From contig JBHGNT010000013.1 of the NCBI GenBank assembly GCA_043228905.1, positions 6,138,001 to 6,202,000 on the forward strand: 64,000 nt of DNA. The letters run 5' to 3'. Below the pieces are notes generated by a model. That model was not told where the DNA came from, ran no database searches, and worked only from the letters and a program-made list of their open reading frames with translations. Shown one piece after another: positions 23,005 through 35,322 of this stretch; within the stretch, counting starts at the first letter, position 1, and every line of letters begins with the position of its first letter. This DNA comes from Azolla caroliniana. Its lineage: Eukaryota > Plantae > Polypodiophyta. Made by a program: the position numbers and the translations under genes.

Positions 23005-26000
23005 TCACAGTATGTCTTGGTATTTTGCCCTTATCTCAGCGTAGGTTGGACACTTGCATGTAAAGTGATACTCATCCTCTATCTCTATGTGCCATAACCT
23101 ACATATCCTTTCCTCCCACGGGACTCCATTAGTACGACCATTCTCAATCTCAAGTTGGTGAGATGATATTCTAAGTTGTCCAATGGCAACCCTTAGTGCA
23201 TGTGGTAAGAATACATCTAGATATTTTACCTACGTGATAAAACCTAACTTAGAGAGGTGCATGAAGTGTTCCTTATAGTACAACATTTTAGATGGGAGTG
23301 GCTCTAGTGGGGTGATCCATTTCTACCGAGTTTAAATTTGCCATATTTCTTGGCGGATTACTTTATTGCGGTCCTCATGAGAGATTAAAGTGTTATCAAT
23401 TGTGTGGTTGTACCTTAGGGGAGGTAGGTTATTAATGTCTAGACCATTCGCAAGAAGCCAACTCACCATCATGCCATACCATGAGCTAGTATAGCCGGAC
23501 TCATACAGTGATCGAGAGGCCTTAAAGGCTTGATGAGATATTCTATCCTGTGGTTGGCTATGTATCTTGTGAATAAAGACTACAAGTTGGAAAAGTGCTT
23601 CTACTAACATTGGGGGTAACGTGAACTCAGCCCTAATAATGTCATGTGGTACTGTCGATTTGCTTCGGAGTTGGCATGATAACATCATCACCAATGGTCT
23701 CTCTAATTACGTCCACATGCAAGATGGTAATCCTGGAGCCCAAACCGATGATGCATACATGAGGGAGGGGGTCACTAATGAGTCAAATAGCCACCCTTTA
23801 GTCCGTGGCTCTTGAAAGTATGCTTGGTGGCATTGTCTCTCAAGTAGTGAGAGGGATGCATGTCCTCTCGTAAGTCTATCCTTCGCTGCCAGTGTCATCG
23901 AAAATTTACCTGAGCGGGCACTGAAAGTGACTCTAAGATAAACATATGATCCAACCACCTCAACTGGGCTATGGGAGATAGTTAGGTGACACTTAGCTCT
24001 AACTTGGGCCGATGTGTGGATGATGAGGACTTTAGTTTTCCCTAGATTCATTACCAATCCTCGTTGTGCACAAAAGCCATCTAAGGCATTAAGGTGCCTT
24101 TGTAGGTCGTGTTCGGATTCAGAGAGCAAAACTACGTCATCTGCATAGATACGAACCTGCGTATCCCCAAGGACTACTCCGTTGCCTCCCTTACGAGCAA
24201 TAAAATCTGTGATCTCATCAATGTGGATCCCAAAAAGTGTCGGTGATAGGGGGCAACCTTGTTTTACACCAATAGTGCTAGTGAAACAATTAGATAGGCC
24301 ACTTGGGCATCAGACATACCTAGACACCTGTTCATATAGTGCGTAGATGGCCCAGACCATATCATCTGGTATCCTCAAGCTTTTAAGCCTATCAAACAAC
24401 CACTCTCTAGGGACTGTGTCAAAGGCTTTGTGGAAGTCCACAAAACAGCAATATAATTTCTTCTTGTGAGCCTTAGTTTGGTCAATTAAGCATCTAAGTG
24501 TGAAGATATGATCAATAGTGGAGAAGGCTCTTCTAAAGCCAGTTTGTTTAGGTGCACGAAGATTTAGGGTCTCCATATAATCGCTAAGCTCTACTTCCAT
24601 TATTGCACCATTTAATTTAGCAAGTGTATGACCTATCATAATGGTCCTATATGTATTTGTTTCCATGGGGTCCCCCCCTTTATGTATGGGGACCATTGTG
24701 TTCATAGTCCATTGTGGTGGAAAACCCTCCGCAAGGGCACAGTTGAAGATTAGAGTTAGCAAGGGAGCTAGGCACTCTCTCGCATATATAATGTGTTCTG
24801 CTCGCAATCCTGTGTGGTCCATGGACTTCCTATGTTGTAATTTCTTTATGACCTTCGCAACCCTAGAGGTCGTGAAAAGTGTCCCCGTGGTAGGCCAGGG
24901 TGTGGAAGGCATTGGAATGGGTGGTTGGTTTGGGATTTGGTAAAGTCTCTCTGTATATGTGTGCTAGGTTTCGGAATCTTCGATGGGTGTTTGAGGTCTT
25001 GGTTCCCGTAGTCTCTTCCATGCCGTGGTGCAAGCATTACTCCTGAGCATATGGTAGAGTTCCCAATATTGGGATGCCTCCCACGCTCGTCTCTTACGAC
25101 GTGTCATCTTGCGCATTTCTTTGCGAGCTTGTATTGAGGTAATACTACCACTGAGTTGCGATATTGTAAGTTGTCTATGTAAGTCCCCACAATCCTCATC
25201 ATACCATTTATTTTGTGGCATAGATCCTAATCTACCTTGATTTGAGTGTTTTGTATATGGGAAACTGTTAATTGTTGTGGAGTGAAGGATGTGTGTGAGT
25301 TTCATACTAAGGCTTTCTAAAGTTAGGGAGGGATCAAGGGAGGAGAGATGGGCTTGAACATGTCGAGAGTATATGTCAGAGAGCTCATGTGTGAAATCTA
25401 TTGTGGTGTGATGGCGTGGTTGACTCTAGAGTTGGTGACCTTAGAGATATCACATTTTAGCTCAAAGTATAAGAAACTATGGTCTGCACCAATAGGGCAT
25501 GGGGCCACCCGGAAGGAGTTAATCATGTGGGTAGCTTCAGGGTGTCCTATTAGATAATCAAATGTGCTTTCCCCTCCTCCATGTGGGAAACATGTGAGCT
25601 CTTCCGAGCCTGGCCACTTGGCTAAACCATTATATATGACCATCCGGTGCCGACTACCAAGTTTGAGCAGATGATGGCCAAAGCTCGTGGCGTCTGCACC
25701 TTGATCCTTTGAACTACGTGTGGTGCCTATGTCTAAAGGATCGACATTTACAATTTCTAGGTTTCTATTCATCTGAAATAATGTGCATTGTCGGGATTGA
25801 GTTCTCGCATTGAAGTCGCCTACAAGGAATACTTTTCCTTGGGAAGAATATCAGATTATGTTACCCGATAGAGATTCGTACGGGGAAGGCCCATGTGGCA
25901 TTCCTTCATTGATTAATCTTGCCAAGCCAGCAATATTATAACGGGATCCTTTTGGGGGAAAGTAACAAATGGCAAAAAATACTAGCCGATCCTTCCTTGT

Positions 26001-26288
26001 GGAGACTTTCACCCAGATAAACCGAGCTTCTGGGTTTGTCCTCAGTATTTCTATCGTATTATGTAGTTCTCTCCGAAACAATATCGCGACACCTCCAGAT
26101 CCCCTGGTAGTGTGTCGACGTGAGGTTTGTCTAAAAGCGGACTCCCAACGGAATCCTTCGACTCGTGGGAGTCCTCTATTTGGGCTCTGGTGTGTTTCTA
26201 CCAAGAAAAGTATATCTGATACCTTTAATATTTCCTCTAGGTGACCGGGGTGTGTCTAGAGTGCGCCGTTACAATTCAATAAGGTCAT
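23005..26288 (-). pseudogene. LINE ORF2 (AP endonuclease, RT, C-terminal Cys/His motif)
   Basis: VETH, GGVAIL, GDFNAR, STFDY, ADH; QTGFRR..DHIFTL, FVDFHKAFD, GVKQGCPLSP, YADD; LRISSHQLEIENGR..EDEYHF.CKCP. Confidence 0.88.
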
Positions 26289-26354
26289 CCTAAGTGTATT
26301 TTCTATCACATGGGCCACACGCCGTCAATTAGTAGTGCGATCATTTATGGTCAC

Positions 26355-27188
26355 TCACCCATCTTGATAAAAGGCGAGTTGCCCTTCTTTACGAGCTTGT
26401 AAAACTCGTGGCATACAACTCTTGCAATGCTCAATTTGCATCTTAGTGAGGTCTTCATCAAGATAGATAGGGTCCCCACCCAATCCTCGAAAAATTGGTC
26501 TCTTCTTAAAGAAAGTGATTCTAGAGTCTAAGTCTTTAAATTGAAGGACTAAGGCTCTCTTCCTAGTTGCGTCACGTCCGGCCCTCCAGGCTTTGGTGAC
26601 AAGTCGGGCCTCTATGTACCCTAACATTTTCCCAAGTGTTTGTGTATCCTCGTCTAGGGATGCACCTTCCTTGAGCCCAATGCCACATACATTTAAGCAT
26701 CGGGCCTCACGCATTTTCTCTTCTTCAAGGGTGGTATTAACAATATTTTCATCCTTTATTTATTTTTAAATGTTTCTTTTAACCACGTCTACCCAACCCG
26801 TTTGAGCTAACTCTATGTTATTTTTAACTTCCTCTTTAAGTTTTTTAATCTCGTCCTTTATATCCTCTATGGAGGATATTTCATCGTCCTCTCGAGATAC
26901 CTCGATGTCATTAAGTTGTTTTTTAAGGTTGGTATTTTCCACTTTAAGTTTTTCTATTTTGGCCTTGAGGGCGTCTTTTTCCTCTCTATCTTTTTTCTTG
27001 TGGGTTTCGATGTCTTTCGCCCATTTTTTCATATCCATCTCTATTTTTGTTAAACGGTTAAACATATCTAAAAATTCCTCTTTACTTATAGCCTCGTCTT
27101 GTATATCCTTATGTTCCTTAGCTCGTTTAGACCTCATTGTGGTGTCAACAAGTAAAAGATAAAATAAATGGGTGTGAGACGTATCCAA
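26355..27188 (-). pseudogene. LINE ORF1 (coiled coil plus putative RNA-binding region), interrupted
   Basis: Lys/Glu-rich heptad segment 26766..27188 followed by 26355..26714 with IYLDEDLT, directly upstream of ORF2. Confidence 0.7.
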
Positions 27189-27548
27189 GTTTGTGTGTAA
27201 GTCGCAGTCACATCAACATTTCGTTGGTTCGTATGAAGCACACTACGAGCACGCCGAAAGAACCCACCATGGAGTGTCCAACAATGCGCAATTCACAATG
27301 GCAAGAATGTAGCAGACGATGACGGACGCAAACAACAACGTGGCAGCAAACGACAGTAGGCGACACCGCACGACCATAGATGACGGCGCGACAACAAATT
27401 GCTATGTCGTCGTTGTTATCACAAAATGGGGTGACGGATGGCGACAGAAGACAACAAATGGTGCGGCAGTAGACGACGGCTGGCGACACCGCATGGCAAC
27501 AGACAATAGCATGACAACAGACTGTTGTGTCATGGTTATCACAACGTC

Positions 27549-27589
<41 letters not shown>

Positions 27590-27675
27590 TGACTTGATAA
27601 AGACAATTGATGATGAACAAGAAAGAAAAGAAAGATTACCCAAAGAATTGCTTAAGCAAATAAGTTTAGGTTTAA

Positions 27676-27828
27676 GGGTATTTTGGTAAATCAGGCTTGT
27701 AGATTTGAGTGTATAATTACTTTATAAAGTGTATTTTTTTGGACATAGGGGTATTTTGGTAAATTTGGAACTTCCAGGGGCATTTTGGTAAATAGACAAA
27801 CTTCTAGGGGTATCCTAGTACTTTTCCC
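27676..27828. mobile_element. Possible Mutator-like (MULE) terminal inverted repeat, single end
   Basis: Three GGG(T/C)ATTTTGGTAAA repeats ending ...TACTTTTCCC; no partner TIR or TSD seen. Confidence 0.4.
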
Positions 27829-30059
27829 GAAAGAAAATCAATTTCAAATTGATAATGATGAGAGAATACAGTTGGGCAAACACCCCATTGAACCAAAGGT
27901 TGTATTATTGAGATTCAAGGCATAGGGGACCATACTGACACTAGATCATGGAGACCATAGCTCTGTTGAGAAATCGGTCTCTCCGGATGGGATCCGATGA
28001 TGAATAAAGAGGACCCGGTGAGAACCGGAAGAGATCCGGAAACCGGAGGAGACCCGGTGAGAACCGGAAGAGAGCTGGTGAGAACTGGAAGAGAAGACAT
28101 ATCTGTAAATATGTTTTGTGTAAGCCTATTGAGGCTATATTTGTAAATAGCCCTAAGTTCATATAAATATAAATATGACTTAGGGCAATCACTTTGTATA
28201 TGTAGTTGTCATACTGTTGTAACTATAGAGCGATAGAGACAGAGCGCAGTGGATTAGTGCATTAAAATGCTGCCACGTGGCACTTCATTGCCATTATAGT
28301 ACACGACGTGCGCATGCGCAAGAATCGAGAAAGGCACGAACATGCAGAAAGAAAACCTACACTGCATGGAGGCCTTCTCATTTCGCGAATAGAGAATTGC
28401 AAACGCACACAGAAGATTGAAGATAATCAGACGTGAGCACCCAGAGCCCCCTAACGCACCTACCTCATCAACAACCACCGACTCAAAAGGAGAAATGGAC
28501 TGCATGATGCTCTCTGAGGCAGCCAAGAAGTGGTTAAAGCAACACGGATTGGAAGGATTCTTGAGGATCATGGAGGCACCACCACACAAAGAGGCGGAAA
28601 GGGTTGTCAAGGAAATCGACACAGAAGTAATCACAGAGGAGGCCATCCATGCCCTGACGGGCCTACCCGAGGGTGGCATCTTCACCATCGACAACCCTAC
28701 CCCGGAGTAGCTCACGAAATACTTCGGTGAGTATTCTCTGGCCAGCAAGGCATATCGCACACATGGCGGCGAGGATGGCTTATTTCGAAAGATTGCTCGT
28801 GTACTGCATGAGTTTGGCCATGTGTACCCTTGACCCCCGGCAATGCTTAGGAACAGAGCCGGGTTAATTATCACCACATATGAAGGTATACAGGTGGACT
28901 GGTCAGTGCTAATCGTCGATGGACTGTGTGTGGCCATCGACTCGGTAAGAGGGAAGGATGGAAGGAAAATATGGTCGGCGATGGCGCAATGGCTCGCACT
29001 GATAGCACCACCAGTGGAGCCCATCACGGCAAAGAAGCGGGGAAGTTCAGCCGAAGGAACCTCCAAACCGGCAGCAGCTATTGGCAACCAAAGGGAGGGA
29101 GACCGACACTAAAAAAATGGCGAAAGAGTGGTCTAACCAAGCGGAGAGGCAGGAGGAAACACCGGCACGGCCAATAAAGATTAAATTTCGCCGACCAGGT
29201 CAATAGGAGCCAGATCCCTTGGCAATGAAAATGAATTTTGGGACTTAGGAGGAGGAAACGGTGGAGGACCCCAACGAGCACCTCCAACGACGCTAGAAGA
29301 AGAGCACTGCAGACCATGCCGGGAAGCAATCAGGTCCAGAAAAGGATAGGACACCGATACCCCGCACTGAGGGCCCCAAACCAAGGGTGGAAGCGGAACT
29401 GGTTCAAACAAAACCGGTCACAGAAGTCCCTACGCAGCAAGCGACGCCGGCGGGTCAGAACATGACAAGACCCGTAATTCAGGAGCCAGTGATTTAGTTG
29501 TCTACATCACCGGCACACGAGGACCAACCAGAGCCGGAACGGCCAACTGAGGCACAACCAGAGCCGGTACTGCCAAGTGGTAACTAACTGGAGCCAGCGT
29601 TGCCAACAAGACAAGATCAACCACTAGCAGGCGCAAAAATCGGCCAACCCTCCGCGCCGACACAACAAGGCACCGGCAACCAATGGCTGCGGTGGATCAG
29701 TGAGCAAATAGCCGGAGTGGTCCGTCATATGAAGGCAGAGGAGAAAGCACAAGTGGACCGGTTGCTAGCCACAACCGGGGAACTAGAGAAGGCCCGGTCA
29801 AGGATCCGGAGCTTCAAACAAGAATTGGAAATAGCCAAGGAAGAATTGGCTCAGAAGGTCATAACAGGACCCCAGGAACAAGAACCGATGGCTCCAGTAC
29901 ATGTACAGAATAATGAAACACCAACAACTGTACATAAGAATATGACCCCGATGACGGGAACAAACCCGGATATAATTACAGTGCAAGCACAAGAGCTTGC
30001 CGTTCTCAAAGAAGACAAGGCTGCACAAGAAGCATTACGGGCCAGGGAAAGTGTCATGA

Positions 30060-30122
30060 TATGGCAAGACTCGAACCCATGACCTTATGCTACATGGGTC
30101 GAGCTCTTGACCATTAGACTAT
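30060..30122 (-). promoter_or_regulatory. tRNA-type Pol III A/B-box module in the Tcn1 LTR (also 35272-35334 on -, 37972-38025 and 43215-43268 on +)
   Basis: A box TAGTCTAATGG and B box GGTTCGAGTC, 33 nt apart. Confidence 0.7.
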
Positions 30123-30483
30123 ACATTGTAAGACATAAAATATTATTTTCATTTATGTGTTATTATAGAAAATTGATGTATATTCCAGATTTCTCTGGAA
30201 CATTCTAGAAACTTCAGGAGTATTCCTTAGAACACTATAAAAGGAGGCACAAGGCATTATTTCGAACCAAATCGGTTCAACGCGAGTCTTAAGCCTCCTA
30301 ACTACTGTACATTTTCTTCACATAATATATATCTTTTCTTATCATCACTCTCTCGATCTCTTGATCTCTCTCTCCCTCCCTCTCACTCACTCTTTCCTTC
30401 TCTCGAGAGTTCTTCACCTCTCTTAGTACTAATACTTCTTTTAGTACTAATTCATTCTCTGTCTTAGTACTGTTCCTGACAGT

Positions 30484-30495
30484 TTGAACCGATTT
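30484..30495 (+). promoter_or_regulatory. Self-priming PBS of Tcn1-a
   Basis: TTGAACCGATTT lacks the TGG start and is complementary to AAATCGGTTCAA (30269-30280), about 30 nt downstream of TATAAAA. Confidence 0.85.
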
Positions 30496-30555
30496 CCCCT
30501 ACCTTCTGTCTCTCTCATTTCCTACTAATATCTTATTCCTCTTTTCTTTCATCCC

Positions 30556-31707
30556 ATGGCCACTGTTAGCGCTGAAGAATATCAATCGGTTTTCTCGGAA
30601 TTTCAATGCTTGAAAGAGAAGTTCCATGCTTTGGAACAAGAAAACCAACGGTTGCTAGGGGATCTTCAGCAAATCTCCTTAGAAAAGTAGCAAATGCAAC
30701 AACAACACGGGGAACTTGCGTTACACGTGCAACAACTCGAAGCAACCATCGTAGCGATGCAACAACAAGGGCCCGGAACACAAGGGATTCATAAAGAACC
30801 CAAGATTGGCCTTCCCACGAAGTTCAATGGAACGCGATCGCAGTTTAGAGGGTTCCTTAACCAGGTACGATTAGTTATTCAAATGCATCGTTCCCGATAT
30901 CCCACCGATGCATCACGAGTGGGTTTAGTAGGCACTTTGTTAAGTGGCTCAGCGTTGGCATGGTTCGCTCCACTATTAGAAAAGGAATCTCCATTACTCA
31001 ACAATTTTGAAGAGTTTCTAGGTGAGTTTAAAGCATGTTTCGGAGATATTGACAGCATCAGGACCGCAATCAACAAAATTCGGCGATTACGCCAACGTAA
31101 CCGTCCAGCCTCTGCATACACTGCAGATTTTCGCCTACTCGCCGCCGATATCCCTTGGGATGATCAAGCGTTGATGGAGCAATTCCATTATGGTTTACGC
31201 AACGACGTCAAGGATCTACTCTTGACCTTCCCCGAAGAGCCAAAGTCTTTAACAGAAGCAATCAGTCGCGCGGTGAGATGTGATAATCGCCTCTTTTAGC
31301 GACGTTCGGAACGACAACTACAGATGCCGAGGGCAAGATCAGAGCCCACCTACGCCTCAGTGGTAGCAAGACCTTTTCCAAGGGAGTCATATAATGCGCC
31401 TCCAGCGAATACTCCGACTTCGATGGAGATTGACACTACACGTCGTCGAGGGCCATTATCCGAAGAAGAAAAGCAGCGACGCCGTACAAATCGACTATGT
31501 CTTTACTACGGTGGACCAGGACATATTGCAATAAATTGCCCCCATCGACCAAGAAGACATGTAAACCAAATAGTCGCTAGTTCTAATTGTACTAAACCCG
31601 AGCCTATTTCAGTAGGGTTATCTGATAGTCCTAATAGTACTAATAGCCCAGATCTAGCGAACAGATTTGATGTCCTTAGTCAGTTAGAAGAAGAGTTAAA
31701 CGACTAA
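30556..31707 (+). pseudogene. gag: Tcn1-a gag with premature stops
   Basis: PTKFNGTRSQFRGFLNQ, LLSGSALAW, TSMEID, CLYYGGPGHIAINCP. Confidence 0.9.
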
Positions 31708-34700
31708 GTCCAGCCAAAATAGGAGCCATTTGGTTGGACAACCCTAGATCTGTGCAGCCCATTAGTGGTTCCATTCCCTCTAAGCAAGTTAGTGATGTGT
31801 TCGTAGCCCAAGTAATAGTTAGTACTAAAAGTACCCCTCCAGTACATGTCCTAGCACTCCTAGATTCCGGAGCTAACTCTTGCTTTATGGATAAGAAATT
31901 TTCTCAAGCTCATAAGATATCCCTAAGAAAACTCTAGTGTCCAGCCTCTGTAGTAGTCATTGATGGACGTCCCATTGCTTCCAGAAATATCATAGAAGAG
32001 TCAGAGCCCATTAATATTGTCCTAGATAACTTAGTATGTGTAGTATCATTTAATATTATTAGTATCCCAGAAAATCCCATAGTTTTAGGATTACCGTGGT
32101 TCGAGTTACATAATCCAGACATAGATTGGAGAACAAGAGAAATCCGGTGTCGACAAACCCAAGGGTCAACTCAGATGGCAACCATTTCTCTACGTCAGTT
32201 GCGTAAAGAAGGGCGCAAGGAGGAAATGTTCCTCTTTGCAATATCAGTAAACCCCTGCAACACCACTAAAGAAGAATTCACCGTTCAACTTCCCGAGAAG
32301 TATTGTCATTACGCCAATGTGTTCAATAAAGTACAAGCCAACACACTGCCTCATCATCGACCGTACGGTTGCCCCATCGATTTACAACCGGGAAAAGAGC
32401 CGCCATGGGGACCGATCTACAATTTGTCACCAACCGAGTTGGAAGTCCTTCGGGCCTATATAGAGGAGAATTTGGAAAATGGTTTCATTCGGCATTCGAA
32501 ATCTCCAGCCGGCGCGCCCATTTTCTTCGTCAAGAAAAAGGATGGATCGCTTCGTCTCATTGTAGATTACTGTGGCCTGAATAAGGTTACAATCAGGAAT
32601 AGGTATGCTCTTCCCCTTATCTCAAGTCTTTTAGAACGGATCAATGGTGTCAGGTTCTTCACGAAGATTGACTTACGGGGAGCATATAACCTCGTACGGA
32701 TCTGACCAGGAGACGAATGGAAGACCGCATTTCGCACCAGATATGGGCACTTCGAGTATATGGTCATGCCGTTCAGCCTCACTAATGCACCGGCAGTCTT
32801 CCAGCACATGGTTAATGATATATTCCGAGATCTATTGGAGGATTGTTTGATCATCTATTTGGATGATCTATTGGTTTATTCAAAGACCCAAGAAGAACAT
32901 GATTCTCATGTACTATTAGTACTAAAACGACTTCGAGAACATGGTCTGTACGTAAAGCTGGAAAAATGTAGTTTCGGGTGCAACCAAGTGGAATTTCTCG
33001 GCTACATCATTTCGTCAGAAGGCATCTCCATGGACCCAGCTAAGGTCAAAACAGTGGTAGAATGGCAGACTCCGCGTTCGGTGCGAGATGTGCAATGCTT
33101 CCGAGGCTTTGCCAATTTTTACCGGAAGTTCATACAAGATTACTCAAAGATCGTTCTACCTCTCACACAACTTACCAGGAAGGGACAACCGTTCATCTGG
33201 TCTGAAGAAACAGACATGGCTTTCGAGAGTCTTAAAAAGGCATTTACATCGGCTCCAATTCTAGCTCATGTCGATCCGGAAAAACCATTCATTATCGAAG
33301 CTGACGCATCGGATTTTGCATTAGGGAGCATTCTGTCCCAATAGGGGAATGATGAGAAGCTACATCCTGTGGCTTTTCACTCACGAAATCAACTATGAAA
33401 TTCATGATAAGGAGCTATTGGCAATAGTGGATTCGTTTATGCAATGGAGGCATTTTCTGGAGGGATCCTATCATCCGGTCACTGTATTTAGTGACCACAA
33501 GAACCTTGCCTACTTTCAGGATGCTCGTGTATTGAATCGACGTCAAGCTCGGTGGGTCCACTTCCTCACGTGTTTCGACTTCAAAATTACATATCGTCCG
33601 GGGAAGCACCAAGGGAAGGCAGATGCATTATCACAACGTTCGTATCTAGCACCCCGTCCCGGCGAGCCAGCTTTCGATAACCAAGAACAAGTCATCTTGG
33701 GACCGGCACGACTACAAGTAACACAGATGTTTGACATGCCCATGGATTCCCGTGTTATCGATACCATACGCGAAGACTTGAAGACAAATGCGTTCGCCCA
33801 AGCTATACTAGCACAAATTGATCCCTCTCGAGCATCGTGTTCACAGTCGCAACCACCAGGTATGGACTATCGGAAATTCAAATACCATGATGGATTACTC
33901 TTCTTTAAAGAACTTTTGTATGTTCCTAATGGTTCTTGCCGCCTCCAAGTAGTACAAAACTGTCATGACACATATACAGCTGGGCATTTTGGTAGTACTA
34001 AAACATTACATTTAGTACAACGATCATTCTGGTGGCCCTGTATGCGACAATTTGTCGAGGATTTTGTTCGGACTTGTGATACATGCTGCAGAGCGAAAAT
34101 GCCAAGGCATCATCCATATGGTTTATTAGAACCATCACCAATTCCAAGCAAGCCGTGGCAATCCATTGCTCTAGACTTCATCACAGATCTTCCAGTCTCT
34201 AAGGGGTTCAATGCGATTCTAACGGTGGTCAATCGATATACGAAGATGACTCATTTCTTGCCATGTACTAAGGAGATCTCCAGTGAAGACACTGCCGAAA
34301 TTTTCATGCGTGAAGTATGTCGGCATCATGGACTTCCCGATAGTATCATCAGCGACCGTGGACCCTAGTTCGTGTCAAAATTCTGGAAGCACCTTTTTAA
34401 CATGCTCAAGGTCACTTGTAACCTCTCCTCCGGCTACCATCCACAAACTGACGGCCAAGCCGAACGAACCAATCAAACACTGGAGTAGTATCTGCGGTGC
34501 TTTCTCAGCTATCATCAGGATGATTGGGCAGATATTCTCCACTTCGCCGAATTTTCCTATAACAGCTCTATCCACGCATCCACTAAAGTTACACCATTTT
34601 ATGCTTATACGGGATGTCACCCCCGGTGGTGTGTACTTGAAACCCCAGAGGTGTCCACAAATCCTTGCGCAGAGGATCATTTGGAGAGGTTACGCAAGAT

Positions 34701-35322
34701 ACAAACGGATTTATCTACTCATCTCCAACAAGCTCAACAAACACACAAGGTTTATGCGGATCGTCATCGACTCCCATCTAGTTTTAACATTGGAGATCGG
34801 GTATGGCTACTCCGACGACACATCAAGACTACTCGCCCATGCGAGAAGTTGGATTATCGGCGATTAGGCCCTTTCCGTATTATAGGAAAGATTAATGAGG
34901 TCGCTTTTCGTCTTGATCTACCTCCACAACTTTGGATACATCCGTTGTTTCATAGTTCTCTCCTCGAACCCTATCAAGAAAGCACCATCCCAGGACGTAT
35001 TACACAGCCTCCACCCCCGATCGAGCTTGAAGATGGACTTGAGTACGAGGTTGCCGCCATCCTTGATTCCAAGCTTGTTCGCAACAAGCTCTACTATCTA
35101 GTCGATTGGCTAGGATATAGTCCCAACGAGCGTACTTGGGAACTAATAGAGAATGTCACCAATGCTCGTGCTCTTCTTGAAGACTTCCATTGTCAATATC
35201 CAGACAAACCAGGTCCTCAATCCAAAACGACTCGTTACACTCGTCGTTTTAAAGGGAGGATAGTGTCATCATATGGCAAGACTCGAACCCATGACCTTAT
35301 GCTACATGGGTCGAGCTCTTGA
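31695..35322 (+). pseudogene. pol: Tcn1-a pol (PR-RT-RNase H-INT-chromodomain), starting in the -1 frame, disabled
   Basis: LLDSGA, KIDLRGAYN, YLDD, EADASD, NYEIHDKELL, LDFITDLP, YEVAAILDS..YLVDWLGY..TWE. Confidence 0.92.

Larger units (their letters stand above)
23005..27190 (-). mobile_element. Degraded LINE with ORF1 and APE-RT ORF2 (RTEX-like C-terminus; clade is inference)
   Basis: Coiled-coil ORF1 with IYLDEDLT, followed by endonuclease and RT motifs. No TSD or tail found; boundaries approximate. Confidence 0.85.

Noticed and set aside
27208-27620. Cys-rich ORFs
   Set aside because: They arise from low-complexity ACAAC/GACGAC repeats and a (GA)n tract.
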